Origin: an uncultured Phycisphaerales bacterium
GTDB lineage: Bacteria > Planctomycetota > Phycisphaerae > Sedimentisphaerales > Anaerobacaceae
Length of the DNA: 64,000 nt
Direction of reading: 5' to 3'
Assembly (NCBI GenBank): GCA_963718665.1
Contig: OY970359.1
Location: forward strand, 224,001 to 288,000
The notes beneath the pieces were generated by a model. The model worked only from the letters and a program-made list of their open reading frames with translations. It was not told the DNA's origin and did no database searches. The position numbers were made by a program, and so were the translations under genes. How positions within the stretch are numbered: position 1 is the stretch's first letter; each line of letters starts with the position of its first letter. Positions 12,647-20,885 of the stretch are shown piece by piece.

Positions 12647-14502
12647 CCGTTCCGGAACAGTTTGAGCCGATTTTCCGGAAAGCTCAAGAGTATGTGAGCA
12701 CTTACTTCAGTCAAAAGAAGGAAGACGCCTCAACGGGTACGATAGAGGTATTCGGCCAGAGGTATATTCTTATCAGAGCGGCCTCGATGTCGGTGGATTT
12801 CTTCGACACCATAAAGGGTATGTTCAAGGACTGGGGAGAGGAGAATGCATCAGAAATGGCGAGGACCCTTCTTTTTGACGTTGCACACGCCATCGGAAAG
12901 ATGGACGCCAGGAACTTCCATCAACGAATGGGTCTGCAGGACCCCATAGAGAAGCTTTCCACAGGGCCAATTCATTTTTCTTATACAGGATGGGCTTTTG
13001 TTGACATATCAGCTGAGTCAAAACCAACAACGGACGAGAACTACTATCTTATATATGATCACCCATTTTCGTTTGAAGCCGATGCGTGGGAAAAGAGCGG
13101 CAAAAAGAGCAATTCCTGCGTCTGTACTATGAATGCCGGATATTCATCCGGATGGTGTGAGGAGAGCTTTGGAATTCCGCTGGTTGCCTCTGAGATAATG
13201 TGTAAAGCCAAGGGTGATAGCGCCTGCCGGTTCATTATGGCACATCCCTCCAGGATAACACAGTACCTTCAGGCATATCTGCACAGCCATCCGGAAATAC
13301 CCGACGATGCAATGCTCTATAGAACAGGCGGATTTTTTCAAGATTTCAAGCAGGCACAAGAAACTCTGCGAAAGAGTGAGGAGCGATTTAGAACCGTCTT
13401 TGAGAATACCGTCGTCGGCCTGTACAGAACGACACCCGACGGCCGAATACTGCTGGCAAACCCGGCGCTGGTGAAAATGATGGGGTACCAGTCCTTCGAG
13501 GAGCTGGCACAACTCAACCTCGAAAAAGAAGGTATCGACCCATCCACGCCCCGCTCGGTGTTTAAGGAACGCATCGAAAAAAAGGGCAGCGTCGTTGGGC
13601 TTGAGTCCGTCTGGATAAGACGCGACGGCACCAAACTGTTCGTCTCCGAAAGCGCATCCGCCGTAAGAGACGGCAACGGCAATATTCTTTATTATGAGGG
13701 CACCGCCGAGGACATCACAGAGCACAAAAAAACCAAGAAGGCACTCGATAAACTCAACCAGAACCTTCAGTCGGCAATTGACGAGCTCAGCCGGTCGAAC
13801 AAGCAGCTTCATGATTTTGTCCACGTTGCCGCCCATGACCTGAAAACACCGGTTCGCGGAATCGGCACCCTCGCGGACTGGATTATCACCGACTATGGCG
13901 ACAAACTCGACAACCAGGGCCGCGAACAGGTACGCCTGCTCAAAGCCAGGGTCGTCCGAATCGACAAGCTAATCGATGGAATGCTTCAATTCTCGAAAAT
14001 CGTTCGCACAAAGCACAAAGAGCGGCAGGTCAATCTAAATACCGTGCTGTCCGACATTACAGGCACGATACCATCATCCGACCACGTCGAAATAGCCGTG
14101 GACAGTATGCCCGCTATAACCTGCGAACGCGAACATATTGAACTTATCTTCCAGAATCTTCTGACAAACGCGGTAACCTTTATGGATAAAACGAATGGTA
14201 ATGTGAAGGTCAGCTGCGTCGAACAGGGAGATTTCTGGAAGTTCTATGTCAGTGACAACGGGCCTGGCATTGAGCAGAAGTATTTCGAAAAAATCTTCAG
14301 GATATTCCAGACGCTGCCCAAAAATGATGAGTCGGAAACCACTGGGATAGGCCTGGCAATTGCAAAGAAAATAGTCGAACTCTATGGCGGAAAAATATGG
14401 GTGGAATCACAGCCCGGTTCCGGCAGCACATTCTATTTCACGTTCCCCAGAACCCTTGAGGACACATCATATGCAGCCACTAAAACCAGTACTGCTTGTT
14501 GA
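12631..14502 (+). CDS. Cytoplasmic histidine kinase with V4R/XylR-N-like sensor and PAS domain
   Basis: GYSSGWC...ASEIMCKAKGDSACRFIM (V4R), PAS-PAC (ERFRTVFEN...GTAEDIT), AHDLKTPV, HATPase boxes. Confidence 0.9.
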   Translation: MLDTVAVPEQFEPIFRKAQEYVSTYFSQKKEDASTGTIEVFGQRYILIRAASMSVDFFDTIKGMFKDWGEENASEMARTLLFDVAHAIGKMDARNFHQRMGLQDPIEKLSTGPIHFSYTGWAFVDISAESKPTTDENYYLIYDHPFSFEADAWEKSGKKSNSCVCTMNAGYSSGWCEESFGIPLVASEIMCKAKGDSACRFIMAHPSRITQYLQAYLHSHPEIPDDAMLYRTGGFFQDFKQAQETLRKSEERFRTVFENTVVGLYRTTPDGRILLANPALVKMMGYQSFEELAQLNLEKEGIDPSTPRSVFKERIEKKGSVVGLESVWIRRDGTKLFVSESASAVRDGNGNILYYEGTAEDITEHKKTKKALDKLNQNLQSAIDELSRSNKQLHDFVHVAAHDLKTPVRGIGTLADWIITDYGDKLDNQGREQVRLLKARVVRIDKLIDGMLQFSKIVRTKHKERQVNLNTVLSDITGTIPSSDHVEIAVDSMPAITCEREHIELIFQNLLTNAVTFMDKTNGNVKVSCVEQGDFWKFYVSDNGPGIEQKYFEKIFRIFQTLPKNDESETTGIGLAIAKKIVELYGGKIWVESQPGSGSTFYFTFPRTLEDTSYAATKTSTAC

Positions 14503-14932
14503 AGACGATAACGTTGACGCTATGACAGTCAAACGGGCGATGCGAGACCTGCACGTCGGGTACTCCGTGATGCATTCTGTCAACAGTGAAGAGGCAATGG
14601 AATATCTGACTAACCCCGACAATGAAAAACCCTTTGTTATTCTGCTGGACCTCAATATGCCCAAAATGAGCGGTATTGAGTTTTTGAAGGTAATTAAAGC
14701 GCATCACGAGCTCAAAACCATACCGATTGTTGTGCTGACAACATCAAAGGAAAAACGGGACGTTCTCGAAAGCTTCGAACTCGGCGCCGCGGGATATATG
14801 GTTAAGCCCGTGGATTACTCAAAATTCGTGGAAATCCTCGGCAAAATAATAACGTACTGGAGCACAAGTGAACTGCCTAAACCCGAACTTATGACTGCCG
14901 AGATACATCGTAAACTTAACGCTCCTTTTTGA
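14471..14932 (+). CDS. Single-domain response regulator (Rcp1-like)
   Basis: LLVEDD, ILLDLNMP, VLTTS, YMVKP, YW motif; ATG at 14471 overlaps the kinase 3' end. Confidence 0.92.
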   Translation: MQPLKPVLLVEDDNVDAMTVKRAMRDLHVGYSVMHSVNSEEAMEYLTNPDNEKPFVILLDLNMPKMSGIEFLKVIKAHHELKTIPIVVLTTSKEKRDVLESFELGAAGYMVKPVDYSKFVEILGKIITYWSTSELPKPELMTAEIHRKLNAPF

Positions 14933-14970
14933 GCAAAAAAGTCGGACAACTTGAAATTGCCGGATAAAAA

Positions 14971-16266
14971 ATGGAAACAGAACTAATCAAAAATACGCAG
15001 ACGATTGCAGCGGAAAACACTGCTCCCGACAGCTGTCAGCATCAGGAACAGCAAACAAGAGAGCAGTTGTTAAGCTGCATAAGGTCTTTGCGAGCCCGCA
15101 TTGGCGGCCTAGAACGGCTCGAAAGCGAGCACGAACGCGTAGAGCAAGCGCTCATCAAGGCGCTGCGGGAATGGGAGGAGACATTCAACGCGACACGAGA
15201 CCCGATTATGCTCGTGGATAAAGAATTCCAAATCGTGCAGGCCAACCATTCCGCATCGCGATTTTTCGGTAAACCGTTCGGCACGCTGCTTGGGCAAACC
15301 ACCCACAAATTGCTTTATGAAACAGAACTGCCGCCGGACAATTGTCCTTTAAAAATTGCCAGGCAAACCAACAAACACGAGGAAGCGGAATTATACCTGC
15401 CTCAGAAAAACGTATGGGTTGTTGCTTCTGCGGACCCGGTAATGGACGATGACGGAGATACCGCTTATTTTGTCTATATATTCAGGGATATTACCTACCG
15501 CAAAAAATCCGAGGAGACCCTTGCGAAACTAAATCAGAACCTCAGCAAAACCGTCAGGGATTTAGAGGCCTCAAACCAGGAGCACCGCAATTTCGCTCAC
15601 GTTATAGCTCACGACCTCAAGTCGCCCCTGCGAGGTATCGGCTCAGTAGCCGACCGCCTGATTAGAAACTACTCTGACAAACTTGACAAGGAAGGCGCCG
15701 ACCAGCTCCGGCTGCTTATTATCAGGGCCAAGCGAATGAGTGATTTCATCGACGGCATTTTACGATATGCCGAAATCGGATACGTTTGTGAGGAACGGCA
15801 TAACGTGGACGTAAACGCCCTGATGTCGGAAATAATCGGGGAAATAGTAATCCCGGATAATATCGAAGTCGTTATTGAACCAAATATGCCTATCGTGTTC
15901 GCCGAACGGCTGCGGCTCAAACAGGTATTACAGAACCTTTTGAGCAACGCCGTTAAATACATCAACAAGCCAAAAGGGCTGATAAAAATCGGCTGCACCG
16001 AAGAAAGCAATTTCTGGAAATTCAGCGTCGCGGACAACGGGTGCGGAATCAATGAAAAATACTTCGAAAAAATATTCGAGATATTTCAAACGCTCGTGCC
16101 ACGCGATAAAAAGGAAAGCACCGGCATCGGGCTTACCATAGTAAAAAAAATCGTGGAACTATATGGCGGCAAAGTATGGGTAACATCCAAAATCGGCGAA
16201 GGTAGCACGTTTTTATTTACTCTGCCTAAAACCATTAATCAGGGAGACGAAAAATGCCATTGCTAA
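14971..16266 (+). CDS. Cytoplasmic PAS histidine kinase
   Basis: PAS (EWEETFNA...FRDIT), AHDLKSPL, NLLSNAVKY, DNGCGI, GIGL. Confidence 0.92.
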   Translation: METELIKNTQTIAAENTAPDSCQHQEQQTREQLLSCIRSLRARIGGLERLESEHERVEQALIKALREWEETFNATRDPIMLVDKEFQIVQANHSASRFFGKPFGTLLGQTTHKLLYETELPPDNCPLKIARQTNKHEEAELYLPQKNVWVVASADPVMDDDGDTAYFVYIFRDITYRKKSEETLAKLNQNLSKTVRDLEASNQEHRNFAHVIAHDLKSPLRGIGSVADRLIRNYSDKLDKEGADQLRLLIIRAKRMSDFIDGILRYAEIGYVCEERHNVDVNALMSEIIGEIVIPDNIEVVIEPNMPIVFAERLRLKQVLQNLLSNAVKYINKPKGLIKIGCTEESNFWKFSVADNGCGINEKYFEKIFEIFQTLVPRDKKESTGIGLTIVKKIVELYGGKVWVTSKIGEGSTFLFTLPKTINQGDEKCHC

Positions 16267-16697
16267 AACCAATACTGCTTGTTGAAGATGACATGGTGGA
16301 CGCAGCCACCTCAAAACAAGCCCTGCAGGATATCAGGGTAAAGAATCCCGTCATTCACAAAATGGACGGTGAAGAAGCCCTCGAATATCTCAGGGACCCG
16401 AGCAACGACAGGCCGGCGTTCATACTGCTGGACCTCAATATGCCCAGGTTGAACGGAGTCGAGCTGCTCCAGATTATGAAGGCCGACGTCGAGCTTCAGC
16501 ATATACCTGTGGTTGCGCTGACGGTTTCGAAATATGAGCAGGACAAGCTCGACACATTCAACTTTGGCGTAGCAGGATATGTAATAAAAGAGGTTGATTA
16601 CGACGCTTTCCTGCGGTCTATGGACATTATTATTCAATACTGGGCCTGGAACGGGCTTGTAGAAAAAGAAAGGGAGACAGATAATGCGAGATTGTAA
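16254..16697 (+). CDS. Single-domain response regulator (Rcp1-like)
   Basis: LLVEDD, ILLDLNMP, ALTVS, GYVIKE, YW. Confidence 0.92.
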   Translation: MPLLKPILLVEDDMVDAATSKQALQDIRVKNPVIHKMDGEEALEYLRDPSNDRPAFILLDLNMPRLNGVELLQIMKADVELQHIPVVALTVSKYEQDKLDTFNFGVAGYVIKEVDYDAFLRSMDIIIQYWAWNGLVEKERETDNARL

Positions 16698-17148
16698 ACC
16701 TATCTTACTGCTTGAAGATGACACTGTTGACGCAATGACCGTCAAAAGGGCATTGAAGGACCTCAAAGTCACAAATCCGCTGGTACGGGTTGCCAACGGC
16801 GAAGAGGCCCTTGTTTACCTTAGAGACGAAACCAAACCCAAACCTTGCGTCATCCTGCTCGACCTCAATATGCCCAAGATGAACGGCATAGAATTCCTCA
16901 AGGTCGCCAAAGCCGATGACAAGCTCAGGAGAATCCCCGCGATAGTGCTGACCACCTCGAAAGACGACCAGGACAGATTCATAACCTTCCAGCTCAGCAT
17001 CGCCGGCTTTATCGTCAAACCCGTGGACTATATCAAATTCGTTGAGGCAATGAAAATCGTCAACTTGTACTGGACTCTTAGTGAACTGCCAAACACCGAA
17101 CAGGAGAACGTCGATGCGAAGCTCACGACCGATACTGCTTGTCGATGA
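16684..17148 (+). CDS. Single-domain response regulator (Rcp1-like)
   Basis: LLLEDD, ILLDLNMP, VLTTS, FIVKP, YW. Confidence 0.92.
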   Translation: MRDCKPILLLEDDTVDAMTVKRALKDLKVTNPLVRVANGEEALVYLRDETKPKPCVILLDLNMPKMNGIEFLKVAKADDKLRRIPAIVLTTSKDDQDRFITFQLSIAGFIVKPVDYIKFVEAMKIVNLYWTLSELPNTEQENVDAKLTTDTACR

Positions 17149-17536
17149 TGATAATGCCGAGATGATGACGGTAAAGCGGGCATTGAGCGAGCTCAATGTT
17201 CATAATGAGCTTGTGCATCATCTCGATGGCGAAAATGCCCTGAATTATCTCAGGGACGACGCCAACAGGAACCCCTGTGTCATTTTGCTTGACCTGAATA
17301 TGCCTAAAATGAAAGGTGTTGATTTTCTTGCCGCCGTCAAAGCGGACGCGGAATTGAAGCAAATACCCGTGATTATCCTCACCGTTTCCAACGACGAAGA
17401 CGACAAGATAAAATGTTTTGAGTTGTGCGCAGCCGGCTACATTGTAAAACCAGCCACTTACGAAGAGTTCATCAAAGCGATGGATACACTCGACGCATAC
17501 TGGACTCTAAGCGAACTGCCCTTCCCGGACGCATAA
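17114..17536 (+). CDS. Single-domain response regulator (Rcp1-like)
   Basis: ATG 17114 after AGGAG; LLVDDD, ILLDLNMP, ILTVS, YIVKP, YW. Confidence 0.92.
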   Translation: MRSSRPILLVDDDNAEMMTVKRALSELNVHNELVHHLDGENALNYLRDDANRNPCVILLDLNMPKMKGVDFLAAVKADAELKQIPVIILTVSNDEDDKIKCFELCAAGYIVKPATYEEFIKAMDTLDAYWTLSELPFPDA

Positions 17537-17540
17537 ACCT

Positions 17541-19076
17541 ATGGAAGAGAACAGATACAGAATACTCCTGGTTGAGGACGACCGGCTTGACCAGATGGCG
17601 TTCAAACGAATGGTCAAGGAGGAAAACCTCCCTTACGATTACACAATCGCCGGCTCGGTCGCTCAGGCCGGCCAAATCCTCGGCGGAGAAAAATTCGACC
17701 TGATTTTCCTAGACTATCTCCTCGGCGACGGAACCGCTTTCGACCTCCTCGATTCCATCGTCAATACCCCTACTGTCTTTGCCACCGGAACTGGCAGCGA
17801 GGAGCTGGCGGTTAAAGCGATGAAGGCGGGAGCATCCGATTATCTCATAAAAGACCCGGCCAGAAATTATCTGAAGGTCCTTCCTGAAATCGTAAAAAAC
17901 GCCATAAGGCATAAAAAGGACAAGGACGAGCTTAAACAATACCACGAGAAGCTTGTCGATTTGGTCAAAGAGCGGACCGAACAACTCGCGGAGGAAAAAG
18001 AGTTGCTGGCGGTAACCCTTTCGAGTATGGGCGACGCCGTAATCGCGGTTGACGCCGAAAACAGGATAACGCTTTTTAACAAAACCGCCGAACAGCTTAC
18101 CGGCTGGCGATTCGAAGAAGTGCATCATAAGCCGGTCGATGAGATAATCAGGATTATCAACGAACAAACCAAAAAGCCCGTTGACAGCCCTATCGACAGG
18201 GTGCTCGAATCAAGAGAAATTGAAAGCGGCACAGGCAATGATGCGCTCATCGCCAGGACCGGGCGAGAATGCCCCATAGCCGCGACGGCCTCGCCCATCC
18301 GAAGAAACGACGGAACTATGACCGGCATCGTAATGGTGCTACGCGACGTCTCGCAGCAGCGTGAAATCGACCGTATGAAGTCGGACTTTATCTCATCGGT
18401 TTCCCACGAGCTGCGAACCCCGCTTACGTCGATAAAGGCATACGCCGAAACAATGCTCGATGACCCAACTATGGCACAACCAACAAGGCAGGAGTTCCTG
18501 CAAATCATCAACGAGGAATCCGACCGGCTCACAAATCTTATAAACGGAATCCTCGACATTTCCAAGATAGAGGCAGGCACAATCGAAATCATTCGCAAAC
18601 CCATCAATGTTGCCTCGGTCGCAAAACGCGCCGCTGAATCGCTCGAATACGTCGCAGGCAAAAAGAAAATCCGGCTGCAAACAGATATCGCGGAGCATCT
18701 GCCCGAGCTGCTCGGCGACGAAAACAAAATCTACTCAATGATTACCAACCTGATTAATAACGCTATCAAGTTCACCCCCGAAAACGGCGCCGTCTCGGTA
18801 TCCGCAAAACTCATCAACAACGAGCTGGTCGTAAAGGTCTCCGATACCGGTATGGGAATACCAAAAGATGACCTGAATAAAATTTTCGGCCGATTCTATC
18901 GCGTCCACCGACCCGGCAAACAAATCCCGGGCACAGGACTCGGCCTTGCAATCGTCAAGGAAATCGTCATCAGGCACGACGGCAGAATCGATGTCGAAAG
19001 CAAGCTCGAAAAAGGCAGCACCTTCACCGTCTATCTCCCCGCCTGTCCCCGAGAAGCTCCTACTTTGGCCCAGTAA
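17541..19076 (+). CDS. Hybrid receiver-PAS-histidine kinase
   Basis: N-terminal REC (LLVEDD...FLDYLL...DYLIK), PAS-PAC, VSHELRTPL, NLINNAIKF, DTGMGI, GTGLGL. Confidence 0.93.
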   Translation: MEENRYRILLVEDDRLDQMAFKRMVKEENLPYDYTIAGSVAQAGQILGGEKFDLIFLDYLLGDGTAFDLLDSIVNTPTVFATGTGSEELAVKAMKAGASDYLIKDPARNYLKVLPEIVKNAIRHKKDKDELKQYHEKLVDLVKERTEQLAEEKELLAVTLSSMGDAVIAVDAENRITLFNKTAEQLTGWRFEEVHHKPVDEIIRIINEQTKKPVDSPIDRVLESREIESGTGNDALIARTGRECPIAATASPIRRNDGTMTGIVMVLRDVSQQREIDRMKSDFISSVSHELRTPLTSIKAYAETMLDDPTMAQPTRQEFLQIINEESDRLTNLINGILDISKIEAGTIEIIRKPINVASVAKRAAESLEYVAGKKKIRLQTDIAEHLPELLGDENKIYSMITNLINNAIKFTPENGAVSVSAKLINNELVVKVSDTGMGIPKDDLNKIFGRFYRVHRPGKQIPGTGLGLAIVKEIVIRHDGRIDVESKLEKGSTFTVYLPACPREAPTLAQ

Positions 19077-19243
19077 CAGGGGATCCAGAATAAAATCACA
19101 AATTCGTTACTCCGCATCCCAAAATTTTACCCGCCGAAGTTTTAACGAAGGCGGGCCGCAATCGACAATCGTCAATTATTTAATCCTCATCCCCCCGCCT
19201 GTTCCCGAGAAGTTGCTACTTTGGTCCCGCAGCAGGGAACCCA
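19033..19243 (+). repeat. Imperfect 55-bp direct repeat of the hybrid kinase 3' end (19033-19087 and 19189-19243)
   Basis: Manual ungapped alignment gives 45/55 identical bases. Confidence 0.8.
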
Positions 19244-19542
19244 TCTTCAAATCCGCAATCTGCAATCGCACACGTAGCGAAGCGCAGAGCCCGCTTCGGA
19301 AATCATCAATTGCTTAATCACCCTGCCGAAAAAATGATTGCTACAGGTTATTTAGTAATTGTCATTTCCGTGATATGAGGTAAATGTGTTAATACGTGTT
19401 TTGAGGCCAAAAGACAACTTTCGTCTTTTTGGTATTTCTTATTCAATACTCGCCTAATCTCTTGTATCTTAACGAATTACATCCCTTCGTCCGGGAAAAT
19501 CGGAAAATATTTCAAAAAACACAGATTTTCTGCGTTTTTTGC

Positions 19543-19571
19543 TTGACATTATGGGTGTAGTGGAATAAAGT
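19543..19571 (+). promoter_or_regulatory. Putative sigma70-type promoter of the PEP-CTERM gene
   Basis: TTGACA-17 bp-TAAAGT. Confidence 0.6.
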
Positions 19572-19819
19572 GATGTAATCCGAGTATCTCTATTGGATTA
19601 CTGGGAATGACAAATTTGTATAGTTTTAATCGAATCGTTAGCCGAGGCTAAAAGGCATATATCTGAACTTGTAAGAGAAGAGTGAGAGTGATGAGAAGAA
19701 GAGAGCGTTGGTTTTGTACTCATAGTCAGAATGAGTATCCACCTTTTATTTCTCTCCACATCAGCCCTCACCGATTAATTTAATGTCTATTTATTAATCT
19801 TACTTTTGGAGGAAAGAGA

Positions 19820-20611
19820 ATGAAAAAGTCAATAACAATTTGTGCAGTAGTGGTAACTATTTTAGCAATTAGCAGTGCGGCGCAGGCCGCCATCATAGGC
19901 ATCGGTACTCCCAGCAGTTCCTTCGCCAGCATCCAATTCGACGACACCACGTCGGTGAACCCTTCAGCATTGAACGGCATCACAAATTATACTATCAGCG
20001 CGCCCGCGTGGAACGGATCGAGCTTCACCATGCCAACGCAGACCGATCCCGTCACGTTCGACCAAGCCACGGGCAATCTCCTCGGGCAAATCATCAACCC
20101 GACGACCTATGCCGTCAGTTTGAACGGCGTCACGCTCACTCAGTTAGCCGTAAACACCGGCTATGCCCAACTTAATCTCAGCTTCAACATACAGTACCAG
20201 TTGGACAGTGGTGGGCTGGCCAGCCAGGCCACGCTCTTCCCGACCTTCGCTGTGAATGGCACCGTCCAGCCTGCAAGCACAGGCTTTGCCGAATTCGGCG
20301 GCACCATCGACTACTATGGCACGAGCACCTCCGGCACCTTCGGTTTGCTAGATACCGTGACCTACGGCACCACCGGCAGCAACCCCTACGTTTGGAACAC
20401 GCCCGGCCCCTTCAGCGCCACCGTCACTGGCGTGCCGGTCGTCGGAACGACACCCATGCTGCAGGGCAATACCGATCTTTACCTGGTAGGCAATTTTACG
20501 TTCATGGTGGATCCTGCCACGATTAACATCGAAACCGTCCCCGAACCTGCAACAATGTGTCTGCTTGGTCTTGGCGGTTTGCTGCTTCGCAGAAAACGCA
20601 GCAAAGCATAA
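19820..20611 (+). CDS. PEP-CTERM sorting-domain surface protein
   Basis: Signal peptide, Thr/Gly/Asn-rich body, VPEPATMCLLGLGGLLLRRKR tail. Confidence 0.92.
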   Translation: MKKSITICAVVVTILAISSAAQAAIIGIGTPSSSFASIQFDDTTSVNPSALNGITNYTISAPAWNGSSFTMPTQTDPVTFDQATGNLLGQIINPTTYAVSLNGVTLTQLAVNTGYAQLNLSFNIQYQLDSGGLASQATLFPTFAVNGTVQPASTGFAEFGGTIDYYGTSTSGTFGLLDTVTYGTTGSNPYVWNTPGPFSATVTGVPVVGTTPMLQGNTDLYLVGNFTFMVDPATINIETVPEPATMCLLGLGGLLLRRKRSKA

Positions 20612-20651
20612 AGAAATACTAAGTGTGAAGAAAAGTAGTAATTCTAAGTTA

Positions 20652-20685
20652 AAGGGCTGTGTTTAAAAAACACAGTCCTTTTTTT
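20652..20685 (+). terminator. Intrinsic terminator
   Basis: AAGGGCTGTGTTT/AAACACAGTCCTT stem plus T tract. Confidence 0.8.
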
Positions 20686-20885
20686 GTTATTTCAATTTTA
20701 CAAATAGGCAATTCCGCTTCTCAAATCATAAATGACGTGTGCCTTCGTGGCTAAAAATCCCGCGAAACGCACCCTTGACTTTCCCCCCCTCAGGCGATAA
20801 CCTTATCGCCATAATATTGGGCAGCCCCCTGGCGCAAGGGATTGCAGACGCAAACCACTATAGTAACAAAGGATGGTTTGAACCT

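Noticed and set aside
20739..20885. 49-aa N-terminal extension of GyrA in the ORF track
   Set aside because: It overlaps a plausible promoter (TTGACT-17-TAACCT, 20775-20803); homology starts near ATG 20886.
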